Positions 25,620 to 37,870 of a DNA stretch of 64,000 nt are shown one piece after another. The notes below the pieces were generated by a model. It worked only from the letters and a program-made list of their open reading frames with translations, was not told the origin of the DNA and made no database searches. The DNA comes from Octopus sinensis. Taxonomy: Eukaryota. Numbering within the stretch: position 1 is the stretch's first letter; the number at the start of each line of letters is the position of its first letter. The position numbers and the translations under genes are program-made. The DNA lies in contig NC_043000.1 of NCBI RefSeq assembly GCF_006345805.1, positions 138,880,001-138,944,000 on the forward strand, in the 5' to 3' direction.

Positions 25620-25625
<6 letters not shown>
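25465..25625 (+). mobile_element. SINE family B, 5' half
   Basis: gtggtaagaagtttgg...ggcaccttgggcaaatgtcttc...gaagccc. Confidence 0.75.
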
Positions 25626-25649
<24 letters not shown>

Positions 25650-25658
<9 letters not shown>

Positions 25659-25935
25659 ATCACGTGACCGACCAGACCATCAGATGTAGTTACACATCGC
25701 TGGTCACAATGCGTTCGCATTGCTTTAGCCTTTGAATGATGCCACCCCGCTGGCTAAGCGAGCAGGCCGACAGAAGAAAGAGTACAGCAGGGATCACCAC
25801 CCCCTGCCGGAGCCTCGTGGAGCTTTTAGGTGTTTTCGCTTAATAAACACTCACAACGCCCGGTCTGGGAATCGAAACCGCGATCCTGCGACCGCGAGTC
25901 CGCTGCCCTAACCACTAGGCCATTGCGCCTCCACA
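25650..25935 (-). mobile_element. SINE family C, alternative tail, CpG-rich (young)
   Basis: Head ggaggcgcaatggcctagtggttagggcagcggactcgcggtcgcaggatcgcggtttcgattccc contains A and B boxes. Confidence 0.85.
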
Positions 25936-25951
25936 CACACACACACACACA

Positions 25952-25993
<42 letters not shown>

Positions 25994-25995
25994 TA

Positions 25996-26058
<63 letters not shown>

Positions 26059-26077
26059 ATTATATATTTATATGTAT

Positions 26078-26110
<33 letters not shown>

Positions 26111-26155
26111 ATTATATATAGAGAGAGAGAGAGAGAGAGGGACAGAGAGAGAAAG
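25932..26155. repeat. Compound (CA)/(TA)/(GA) microsatellite
   Basis: Direct reading. Confidence 0.95.
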
Positions 26156-26169
26156 AGAGTAAAAAATTA

Positions 26170-26490
26170 TTTGCTAACATAACGTGGCAGTCACGAAGGC
26201 AATGACCAACACTTTGGCATTATATTGTGCTTGAGAAAAGGACCCATCAAGCTGACCATAATCACAGTCGTGGAAGATATTGGTCTCATGGAAATGGCAC
26301 CCATGCCAGTGGCCAGTAAAAGCACCCATTACACTCTCAGATTGGTTGGCATTAGGAAAGGCATCCAGCCATGGAAACCACGCCAAATCAGACTGGAAGC
26401 TGGTGCAGCCTTCTAGCTTACCAGCCCCAGTCAAACCGTTCGACCCATGCCACCATGGAGAACGGACATTAAATGATGATAATGATGGTG
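26170..26490 (+). mobile_element. RTE 3'-UTR-derived repeat
   Basis: aaagcacccattacactc...ggcatccagcc...catggagaacggacattaaatgatgat. Confidence 0.65.
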
Positions 26491-26573
26491 AATATTACAT
26501 TGATTACCTAAGTATACTTAGGAATTTGTGATTCTAAGTTAATTAAGTAGTTTTAAATTCTTGCATTATAAGA

Positions 26574-26978
26574 AGGAGTGGCTGTGTGGTAAGTAGCTTG
26601 CTAACCAACCACATGGTTCCGGGTTCAGTCCCACTGCGTGGCACCTTGGGCAAGTGTCTTCTGCTATAGCCCCGGGCCAACCAATGCCTTGTGAGTGGAT
26701 TTGGTAGACAGAAACTGAAAGAAGCCTGTCGTATATATGTATATATATATAAATATATGTATGTGTTTGTGTGTCTGTGTTTGTCCCCCTAGCATTGCTT
26801 GGCAACCGATGCTGGTGTGTTTACATCCCCGTCACTTAGCGGTTCGGCAAAAAGAGACTGATAGAACAATTACTGGGCTTACAAAGAACAAGTCCCGGGG
26901 TCGAGTTGCTCGATTTAAGGTGGTGCTCCAGCATGGCCGCAGTCAAATGACTGAAACAAGTAAAGAGTAAAGAGAGTA
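26574..26978 (+). mobile_element. SINE family B, full length
   Basis: ggagtggctgtgtggtaagtagc...gaaacaagtaaagagtaaagagagta. Confidence 0.9.
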
Positions 26979-27389
26979 AATTTCAAAAGCAGTTACAAAA
27001 AAGGAAATATGAAAAAAATTATCATTAATGGAAAAAAATTAAAACCAACACAGCCATGTCTTAAATATCTCATACATGCACAGCATAAGTCAATCAATGT
27101 ATCTATCTGTTTATCATCTTTATCACTGTCTGCCTTCCCAATAATATACATATAATCATCATATATCTGCTTTACAAGCTAGCATGGTTTAGATAGTCTG
27201 ACAAGATCTGTCAAACTGGTGATCTGTGTTAGGCTCCTGTGTCAACTTTATCATAGTTTCTATGGCTAGATTCCCTTTCTAACACCAACTACTTTACAAT
27301 ATAGTAGGTGTTTTTTCTTTCATACATTTCCAGTTTCTATAATGCTCTTCCATCTATCTGGTTGACTTGCAAAACCCCACTTCCAAAAT

Positions 27390-27812
27390 TCACTTGTCCA
27401 CAACAAAAAAATACTCCTCTAGTACTGTTCTGACTTCGTCGTCTAGCGAATTGATATTTTTTCCATCCAAATGATTTTGAAGACTGTGAAATAAACGATA
27501 ATCAGATGGGGCAATGTTTGGTGAATATGGTGGGTGGGGCATCCTTTCCCATTCAAACTGCATCAGCCTTTGGAATGTCATCTTTGCTGTATGTGGCTGA
27601 GTGTTATCCCGATGGAAGAACACCTTTTGTCTTGAAACCAAAGATGGTCGTTTTTCTTCAAGTGTTGTCTTAAGCCGCTCAAGCTGCTCACAATAGATCT
27701 TCTTTGTTATCATTTGGTTTGGGTTTAAAAATCCAAAGTGGACTAAACCTTTCATATCCCACCAAACAAATAACAACACCTTATGTGGGTGAAGACTTTT
27801 TCGAATGCACAC
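27390..27812 (-). mobile_element. Mariner (D,D34D-type) transposase catalytic-domain fragment
   Basis: KVLLFVWWDMKG...FHRDNTQPH...HPPYSPNIAPSDYRLFHSLQNHL are recognisable mariner motifs (HDNARPH, YSPDLAPSDYHLF). The 5' part is replaced by a SINE at 27826. Confidence 0.9.
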
Positions 27813-27825
27813 AGATGTAAAAAAA

Positions 27826-28131
27826 GCCCAGCACTTATTCTATCGGTCTCTTTTGCTGAACCGCTAAGTGATGGGAACGTAAACACACCAGCATTGGTTG
27901 TCAAGCAATGCTAGGGGGACAAACACAGACACACAAACATACACACACATACATATATATACATATATATGACAGGCTTCTTTCAGTTTCCGTCTACCAA
28001 ATCCACTCACAAGGCATTGGTCGGCCCGGGGCTATAGCAGAAGACACTTGCCCAAGATGCCACGCAGTGGGACTGAACCTGGAACCATGTGGTTGGTAAG
28101 CAAGCTACTTACCACACAGCCACTCCTGTGC
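27826..28131 (-). mobile_element. SINE family B, 3'-truncated, adjoining the mariner fragment
   Basis: Head and body match family B. Confidence 0.85.
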
Positions 28132-28559
28132 ATATGTTTATTATTTTTTACCCTTTAGCATTCAAACCGGCCATATCTAGCTAAAATATTTTACCTGTTT
28201 TATGTTTAAACTGGTCAGATCTGACCTCTACTATCCACCCTATAATTTCATTCTAAAAATATCCAGTCACATCATCAAATTCTGAAAGCTTTGAGATAAC
28301 CCATAATAAATTCAAAACAATGGGAATAAATAACCATTTCATTTGACAGAGTAATCTGAACACTAAAGGGTTAAAGTTGTCAAAAGGCCACTGAGATTTA
28401 AGTGCCTTAGTACTAGATATATCACATCTGGTGGTGAAGGACAGACTCTCTCCTTCTCCCCGACATTTCTACATGGTATAAGTTTATAGTAAATGTTTTT
28501 AAATCTGTTATTACATAACTCTCACCCTGTGAAATTATATGACTTACTTTAGATGCATC

Positions 28560-28875
28560 ATCATCATCATCATCATCATCATCGTTTAGCGTCCGCTTTC
28601 CATGCTGGCATGGCTTGGACGGTGCAACTGGGGTCTGGGAAGCCAGAAGGCTGCACCAGGCCCAGTCTGATCTGGCAATGTTTCTACGGCTGGATGCCCT
28701 TCCTAATGCCAACCACTCCATGAGTGTAATGGGTGCTTATAGAGTAGTTGGCGTTAGGAAGGGCATCCAGCCGTAGAAACATTGCCAGATCAGACTGGGC
28801 CTGGTGCAGCCTTCTGGCTTCCCAGACCCCAGTTGCACCGTCCAACCTATGCCAGCATGGAAAGCGGACGCTAAA
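28560..28875. repeat. Head-to-head pair of RTE 3'-UTR repeats forming a palindrome
   Basis: Arms 28585-28718 and 28742-28875 (134 bp each, a few mismatches), 23-bp spacer. Confidence 0.9.
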
Positions 28876-29619
28876 TTAAACTTCTAAATTTTCATATATA
28901 TATCTGTATGTACACACACATGTATGCACATCTTACATGGACATTAAATATACCTTTTAATTTCAGTCTCAATGAAATCATGAATAAATACATATACAAA
29001 CAGAAACTGTATTCAAAGCTATACAGGACTGCTGAGCATGGACATAAAATTGGGGAAAAGTTTAAGATATATTCAGAAGACTTAGTAGAACCTATAACTA
29101 TTATATTCACCATTGTAATTAGATCCAACTTGATTATTTCAGTGTAAAAGAAAGCTAAACCAAATAGAATGAATTTAATTACTACTGACTGACCTAAAAA
29201 TAAAATGGTAGGTGGGTGGAACTTGCATGGTTCAAAGTTTTTTAATGTTCTTTTCTTTTGTTTTTTTTACAGGATCTGTGATTTTTCTTACACAGATTAT
29301 AAGAAACATTCTTTGATTCTCAGCACGTTCATTGCAAACTGTAATAGCAAGAAAGAGAAACTAGTTGTTGAATGGGTCTCAGCCTATTTTATGCTATAAA
29401 TTCAATGAGTTGGTGCCACTGTTTGGGATCGAAGTAATGTGTGATTGATGGTTTTTCACCAAATCAAATGTGCTTCGCATTGTAATCAGAAATTAGTGTG
29501 AAAAATCTCCATATAAGTCATATCTCACACACTTACATGATAATTCTTTGCATGGTATTTTCACTGAACGTACATACATTCACAGATAATAGATCTATAC
29601 ATATGTGCATGTGTGTCTT

Positions 29620-29952
29620 TGTCAGTATGCGTGTATATATATGTATGTATGTGTATCTATTTATCAATGTAGTTATATATGAATTTTGCTCATATATATG
29701 TATATACATACATTTATATATATATTTATATTTACATATATATATATGTGTGTGTGTGTATGTATGTATGTATTTATATATGTACATGTATGTATATAAA
29801 TATATATTTATATATATATATATATGAATTTATATGTATGTATATAAATGTATATATATGAATTTATATGTATGTATATAAATATATATATGTATTTATA
29901 TATATATATATATATGTATGAATATATATATGTATGTGTGTGTGTATGTATG

Positions 29953-29984
<32 letters not shown>

Positions 29985-29990
29985 CATGTG
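29620..29990. repeat. Degenerate (TA)/(TATG)/(TG) microsatellite
   Basis: Direct reading. Confidence 0.9.
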
Positions 29991-30510
29991 TATTGGATCA
30001 TTATCATTATATTGGTGCTGTATACTTTGATTTTTGAATTAAATACTCTGAATTTGTATACATATTTATATATGTAATTATATTTGTACATATATTCATG
30101 CCATACATACATAAAAGTAAGATTAAAATTTTTGTGTATTCATATTATTCTATAGGAACTCCTATATGACAATGTTCAATTTTGGAAGTTTTGATATAAA
30201 GTGCATGCAGACATTCACTCACAGAATCTCTCTCTCTCTCTCTCTCTCTCTCACTCACACACACGTACACACACACACATACACAAGCACAAACATAGTA
30301 GCAGTTACATTCTGCTTAAGTTGCATTCTCATACATGACTGATAAGTTTTGCATGCAATGAGCCTTAATCATTTTATCAAAAATATACTATTATACAATA
30401 TTTCATTTGAAATCCATTTAAAAATGTGATAGCATTTTTGAGATCTTCTCTTTGTCATTTCAAAATTGCAAATATTTCTTCTTATTCTCATTAGTTTACT
30501 AACTTTGTGG

Positions 30511-30549
<39 letters not shown>

Positions 30550-31144
30550 GTGTGTGTGTGTGTGTGTGTGTGTGTTTAGATGTTTTAAAGAGAAGAGAAT
30601 CAAATACAATGTTATAGCTAAGAGTAAAAAAAATCTCACAATTTAAAAGCCAATTTTTAGAGAAATATTTTCGTTTGCAATTTTTATACTATGTTATGTT
30701 TATTTATAATTATTTCCTATTTAAAGGAAAAGAATACAATTTTTAGATAATCAGAGAATATGGAAAGCAATTTTTGCTTTTAAGCTGTTTGTAGTCATGT
30801 TATCTATTAGCTGAGCAAATATATTTTTCCTCAGTATAAGAATGTAAAAGAAAAGAAAAATAAATAACTAAATAAATAAATAAATAAACAAATAAACCAG
30901 AAATTAGTCTTTTCATTCTGATCAAAACAATAACAATTTTGAATAGTTAATGGATGAAATTGAAATACTAATTTCTTTCTTAGGCAAAACAAAGCAAAAC
31001 ATAGTCAATTGATTAATATATAAATTAAGCTGATATATAAATTATTGAGGAATGTAAAGCAAAATTCCCTCCACTAGTGTATATTGTTCTACATACATAC
31101 ATATATATATATATATACATACACACACACACACACAAACATAT

Positions 31145-31210
<66 letters not shown>

Positions 31211-31468
31211 CATATATATAATCTGAGGAAAACCAGATGTTCTCATTCAGATGGTGTTAATGAAATCTATCTTCCAAGAAAATATTTGCAGTATTTTGAA
31301 AATGCTTTGCTGTATTTAGTTGCAGCTCCGTGTGTCCTGGTTTTGAATCCTGCAATTAAGAATTTTATCTTTTATTGTTCCAGGTTCCATGAATTTAGTA
31401 CGAGTACAAGTAAAGCCCTGGAATTGACATAAACCCCTATACTGATCTGAGTTCTTATATCAATATAA

Positions 31469-31868
31469 CTAGCAGTATGGCCCGGCGTTGCTCGGGTTTG
31501 TTTTCTTTTCGACCCTTTAGAATTCGAATTTTTGAAAAGTAAAAATTTTGCATTATGTAGCTTGTTATTCTCTTTAAGTGAACATTTTCCTGGTTGAAAT
31601 ACACGGAAAAATGACGACACAGCAGTCATAAAATCGTAAAAAATAAGGATTTTCATAGAAAAAAAAGCACCTTTTTGATGTAATGATTTTTGGTCTTAAC
31701 ATGGTTCGATTTGAATTATTTCTTCTACGGAATGAAGAGCAAGCTTTCTTCTATCATACTGTCAATTTTGGTCAACTTGAGCCGAAGGGTCTCGGAAGAG
31801 ATAGTGTTAGTTGAAGGCTACCAAACCTGCCACACACACAGAGACAACTTCAGCTTTATATATAAAGA
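31469..31868 (-). mobile_element. Non-autonomous Helitron-like element with a different internal sequence
   Basis: Same TC...hairpin-CTAG termini. The internal part matches 5010-5295. Flanked by a 23-bp imperfect direct repeat. Confidence 0.7.
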
Positions 31869-32000
31869 TTTGAGTTCTTATATCAATACAAGGTACGAAT
31901 GTTTGAGTAGATCTTTTCAAGTTTAGAATGTACAAGGGAGTGATAGTGAAGGAATTCAAGAGAGATATAAATTTGTATAGAGTAAGACAAAAAGAAAAAG

Positions 32001-32032
<32 letters not shown>

Positions 32033-32297
32033 TGAGAGAGAGAAAGGCTGACAGGGAGCAATAGAGAAAGAGAGGAGTGGGACAGAAGACCAAAAAGGTA
32101 TCTAGTGCAGAAATATGGAGGTTTAAATACACATAGATGATATAGTACAATGAGGAATACATACAAGTAGCTTAAGTTAATAGGTTTGGAGGATTTATCA
32201 CTGTTGTTGTTGATATTTGCCTTCATGCCAACACTGATTGAGCCAACCTCTAATGAAATCTATTCCAAACATCACAGTAAGTCCTTTTATATATAAA

Positions 32298-32662
32298 CTA
32301 GCAGTATCGCCCGGCGTTGCTCGGGTTTGTAAGGGAAATAACTATATAAGCAATTTTAGAGAGTTATAGCCAAAAAATAGCAAAAAAAAATGCATTAAAA
32401 ATGGAAAAAAAATTATGGTAAATTTTTTTTAAATCGTTGACTCATCGTAGACATTTTTATAGAGTTACTTCCCTTATATAATAGCGAAAAAATGCATTAA
32501 AATGGAAAAAAATTGTGGTAAATTTTTTTTTAAATCGTAGACTCACCGTAGACGCGCGCTAGTACCCAGAAGGGCTCGATATGAATCACTGCAAAATGTG
32601 GGAGTAGTTAGGAATCTAAATCGTAGAAGATAGACACACAACTTCACTTTTATATATAAAGA
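32298..32662 (-). mobile_element. Non-autonomous Helitron-like element, same family as 11934-12329
   Basis: Same termini and the same internal ~100-bp tandem duplication. AT target. Confidence 0.7.
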
Positions 32663-32901
32663 TATATAAGATTACATTATTGAAAGTATCTTTCTCTTCT
32701 TATGTGATAGATTCTGATGTCAGGGAGAAATGGTTGCTATTTCTAGTAGGTTGAGCAACTGTGTAGAAAGTCTCTCATTAGTTTGAGAAACTATTGTCAC
32801 CATCACCATTATCCTCATTTTCTTTTTTTTTTGTTGTTGTATTCCAGAATTTATTTGCATGCACAATGTTATGTCCCTGTGATATATTTCTCAGAAATAA
32901 A

Positions 32902-32914
32902 TGATGACGACGAC

Positions 32915-32962
<48 letters not shown>

Positions 32963-33015
32963 GATGATGATGATGATGATGATGAAGATGATGATGATGA
33001 TGAGGAGGAGGAGGA
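32902..33015. repeat. (GAT)n/(GAG)n trinucleotide repeat
   Basis: Direct reading. It produces the poly-D stretch in ORF 32783-33064. Confidence 0.95.
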
Positions 33016-33311
33016 CTTTGATTGTTATAAATTTAGAAGATCACTGGGGAGCAAGCATAGTTGATTGAACTCCAATAAATACTTCAAATATTACAAAACC
33101 TAAAAGTCTGGAAATTAGACTTGGCTTAAACATGTTTTGGTATCAAAGCATAAAATTGTCCAAATTATATACTAATAAGCATTTAGTCTGACGTTCTACA
33201 ATTTCTGTCACTCCAGTATTTGTAATAATGATTATGATAATATTGTAAAAAATTTTTTTATTGGTGTTAAGTCTCCAAAACTTTATTTTTCAAGAGTTTA
33301 AGCCATGCAGT

Positions 33312-33650
33312 GTGAAGACACATGGCTCAGTGGTTAGAGCGTCGAGCTTACGATCGTGAGGTTGTGAGCTCGAATCCCGGACCAGGCTGCATGTTGTGTT
33401 CTTGAGCAAGACATTTTATTTCACATTGCTCCAGTTCACTCCGCTGTAGAAATGAGTTACGACATCACAGGAGCCAAGCTGTATCTGCCTTTGTCTTCAC
33501 CTTGGATAACATTGGTGGCATGGAGAGGAGAGGCCGGTATTCATGGGCGACTGCTGGTCTTCCATAAACAACCTTGCCTGGACTTGTGCCTGGGAGGGTA
33601 ACTCTCTAGGTGCAATCCCATGGTCTATGTCATGATCAAAGGGGGTCTCT
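33312..33650 (+). mobile_element. SINE family C2 (tRNA head, ~340 bp)
   Basis: catggctcagtggttagagcgtcgagcttacgatcgtgagg...ctcgaatccc; matches 59272-59608. Confidence 0.85.
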
Positions 33651-34939
33651 CAGAAGCCATGCAGACAAAAGTATTTTAACCAGAAACTAAAATGAAGCTG
33701 AAATCTTTGGCTTTCAAATTCCTTTACTTCATAAAATTTTTTCCTTGTTTCCAACTGACATTTGAGTATTTATCTGCATAAGAGGATTGGAGTAATGAGT
33801 CATATCCCTCAGTAGTTCCATAATGTATTCTGTGTAACATTTTTCTTTATAGTATTGTATCCTGACTACAAATGAGCATTAATTACCATTTTCCCTCTTG
33901 TGATATAAAAAATTGATATCAGAGATATTCAGCCAGCATCGCACAGCTATCTATCTCAACAATTCATGTTCTCTTAGCAGTGATTGGATTATTCATTCGT
34001 TAACTGCGGTCAAACAAGATCAATGTGAAATAACGAAGCTAGCAGATTCTCTATAGAATAAATAACTACGTATATAAATATGTGATTATGCTTCAGATCT
34101 TCAAATGAGTGATTGATACACAGATATCTGAAAGAGTAGCCATTATCTTCCAAATCTCTGTGATTCTAGGCTTCAATCTTAAGATGAGGTGAGCTGGTTA
34201 TGAATATAAACTTTTCAGTTGCTGCTAACAAAACAACAATAATTGTAAATCCATCAGTCTGCTCTTATATGCAACGCAGTATCTTCTCTATGACCTTCAC
34301 AGTTCTTTCACTCGCTTGCTTAGTATCTTAATGATTAGGTCACTGATCTGTTAATATTTTCTATATTATCTATCTTTTTTCTGAAACATGCACATGTTTA
34401 CAGAAGCAAACACAGTCAATCATAACCTTCTGTATGCAATCATTCAAATTTCTTAGGTAACCCAGAATACTTTTAGACATCTTGTAAGAGACAGATAGCA
34501 ATTTTATGCTCCATACCACATGTCATTCACAGCCAAATTTGGTTCTATATTATGAATAGAAATATGAATGTTTCCATATAACATAGAAAATTATTATTAT
34601 TCCTTTGTTTATTTTTTATTTTCATTTTGATGTAAACTGAAGTAACTGGCTATCAATTTTATAAGATGAGAGGATGTACAACAGAAAGTAATTACAGAAT
34701 TAGTTATTCAACATTTTACAAGTTTCCCATCTTGTAATTTATATCTGAGGATTTAAGTACCAATGGATTATTAAAATAATAATCATACATTATGCATGTT
34801 TTAATGCAGTGAAATTTGTTGGCTACTTGAAAGTATTTGTTTTATTCTCTTGATATAATAAATTAGTTTTAACCATCAAGCAGTAGAAATAGCTACTCAC
34901 AGCTTCTGTATAGTTACTAGAATCACCATAATCACCATG

Positions 34940-35233
34940 ACTGACCAGGCTATCAGATGTTGCCACACATCGCTGGTTACAATGCGCTTCACATTGTTTT
35001 AGCCTTCAAATGACGCCACTCCACTGGCTAAGCAAGCAGGCCAACAGAAGAAAGAGTGAGAGAAAGTTGTGGTGAAAGAGTACAGCAGGGACCACCACCA
35101 CCCCCTGCTGGAGCCTCGTGGAGCTTTAGGTGTTTTTGCTAAATAAACACTCACAACGCCCAGTCTGGGAATCGAAATCATGAGCCTACAACCGCGAGTC
35201 TGCTGCTCTAACCACTGGGCCATTGTGCCTCCA
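34940..35233 (-). mobile_element. SINE family C, same tail type as 25650-25935
   Basis: Direct homology to 25650-25935. Confidence 0.85.
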
Positions 35234-35537
35234 CAGTCACTAGAATATCCCCCCAAAACTCCTTACCTACTTTGAAATAAAATCTCACCTCTCATGCTGA
35301 AAATCTTTTACAAACCTTATTATTAAAAAAAGGATGGTTATAGGAAAACTTATTCGTTGACTGTTTGATTCAATTAATTATCAATGAAACAAAGATTTCT
35401 TAAACAGGTTTAACTGTGGTAACAAGCATCAACAACATTTAATAGGCTTATAAATTAATTCTAGCTTGGCTTACACTAGGCAATTTAGCATAATCTGAAA
35501 TGCATTTATCACAGTAATTATGCCAGAAGATCATTAC

Positions 35538-35689
35538 CGTTTAGGCTTAGCATACATCACGTAGGTTATATTCTTGTACTCACTAATTTTACAAGCTATC
35601 GTGCACAGATTTAGTTGTTCAGTCACCATAATCCTTGATGACAGACAGTTAAGGATGTTGTCACTCATTTTGCCAATTAGAAGTTGACA
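35538..35689 (-). CDS. Candidate coding exon of an unidentified gene (CQLLIGKMSDNILNC...VMYAKPK)
   Basis: Acceptor ttttctaag|, 50 open codons, donor CG|gtaatg. Phase-compatible with 36552-36760. Confidence 0.25.
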
Positions 35690-36551
35690 CTTAGAAAATA
35701 TATTGAAATATCATTTAAAGAATACTTATATATGTATAAAATAACTGCGTAAGTCTTGTCAAATATCATAATAATAACATAGTAATAATAAAACCCAACA
35801 AAATTTATAAAAATATTCTTAAATTTAAGGCAGTCATATTTTGTAATATGAGTTTAAACATTCTCTTTTTCTTTACAAAATTTCTTTGCATTTTAATTTA
35901 CAAAATCTTCTGCTGAACTGTTTCAGAATAAGAATATGAATCTTTTTCTTCTAAAGAAACAGAAAAAGAAATCGTTACTAGGTTATGTTCTAAAATACAG
36001 TGTACCAAGATGTAACAGAAGTGATTGAGATTATAAACATCAATTTTGATAGCATTTTCTTTTGGCCACATCATCAAGCAAATCACACACACATAGTTAA
36101 TGACTTAAACATTCAAAATTGTCTTAGAAATATACTTTGCTTAAAAAACATCTTAACTTTATGAAATGCAACAATTTACGCACATTCTTTTCAATCTTCA
36201 GTAAGGTGACTTGCTTTTTCTTCTCTGAAAAACTTTACCTTAGACAATGTTATGATTTGATACTCAGAAGATTTAAAGATTTTCAAAGTTCAAAACCAAA
36301 ATAGCCTAATGACCATAAACCATTTTTTATATGTGCCAAAGCAACATACAAGAAATGATAGTTACCTCATGCTCCAGGGAATTAAGTGGTTAGAAATAAA
36401 TATTTCCCCAAGTAGAATTCATATTTATTACTGGTATTGTACTTGAATAGTCTGATAGGTATTTTGTAACCTTAGTTAACGAAACCAATATTATTGAAGT
36501 GTATTGTCTAATTACACAACAAATCTGTGATATGGTAACCCAAAATCTGAC

Positions 36552-36760
36552 CTTCCCAACTCTTTCACTTTCTATTTGCATGTTGTTTATTTGCACCAAG
36601 TCAGCTCTTGACAGACAGGCCTCAGCTGCTCTAGGTATGATCGTTCTACCATTGTTTCTAGGTGTATCATTCCTTGGACAATTTGTTGGCTTTTCTTTTT
36701 CAGACTGTATGGAATTTTTTGAGTGAAATTTAGTTGCTATTTCTTGCAGCTCAGCCATCC
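36552..36760 (-). CDS. Candidate coding exon of an unidentified gene (MAELQEIATKFHSK...ESERVGK)
   Basis: 122-codon open frame in non-repeat DNA, acceptor cttctacag|, possible donor AAG|gtcaga. Confidence 0.25.
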
Positions 36761-36789
36761 CTGTAGAAGTTGTTTCATATGTACATGGA

Positions 36790-37008
36790 TTGTTGTTATG
36801 GTTGTTTAGCGTCTGTCAGTTTTCATCAATTGACAACCAAAGGTGGAGTGTCTGCGTTCCCGTAACTTAGCAGTTTGGCAAAAGAGACCAATAAAATAAG
36901 TGCTAAGCTTACAAAGAATAAGTTCTAGGGTCAATTTGTTTTGACTAATGGCAGTGCTCCAGTATGGCTGCAGTCAAATGACTGAAACAAATAAAAGATT
37001 AAAAGAGT
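36790..37008 (+). mobile_element. SINE family B, 3' half
   Basis: cgtaacttagcagtttggcaaaagagacc...tgactgaaacaaataaaag. Confidence 0.7.
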
Positions 37009-37013
37009 ACAGA

Positions 37014-37246
37014 TATTTCTTTATTGCCCACAAGGGGCTAAACATAGAGGGGACAAACAAGGACAGACAAAGGGATAAAGTCGATTACATCTACCCCAGT
37101 GAGTAACTGGTACTTAATTTATTGACCCCGAAAGGATGAAAGGCAAAGTCAACCTCGGCGGAATTTGAACTCAGAACGTAGCGGCAGACGAAATACGGCT
37201 ACGCATTTCGCCCGGTGTGCTAAAGCTTCTGCCAGCTCGCCGCCTT
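37014..37246 (-). mobile_element. SINE family A, full length
   Basis: Head aaggcggcgagctggcagaag, B box GAGTTCAAATTCC. Confidence 0.9.
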
Positions 37247-37402
37247 AAAAGAGTAAAGAGAATACATAAGTAAGTTGCTTTATAAATATGCATATATGAA
37301 TTGTAAGCATTTCACTAATAGTCTCTGTCTCTGGTATTATTAAAATTATTTAAAGTTTAATAAACATGCTTGACAACAGCATGTTGATTAAACTTTATGC
37401 AA

Positions 37403-37443
<41 letters not shown>

Positions 37444-37516
37444 ATAAATATTAGGGAATAAATACAAACTTACAGGGAAAAATCAGATTTAGGATTGAAT
37501 CCAATTTTATAGTAAA

Positions 37517-37870
<354 letters not shown>

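Noticed and set aside
25870-25935. tRNA-like heads as tRNA genes
   Set aside because: They lack a complete acceptor stem and continue into SINE bodies.
32783-33064. Poly-Asp ORF as an acidic protein
   Set aside because: It is a pure (GAT)n microsatellite, and the flanking codons are low-complexity with no splice support.
34070-34195. TATA-like box and ATGAG|gtgagc as a promoter or first exon
   Set aside because: Short motifs like these are common by chance in AT-rich DNA, and there is no independent support.
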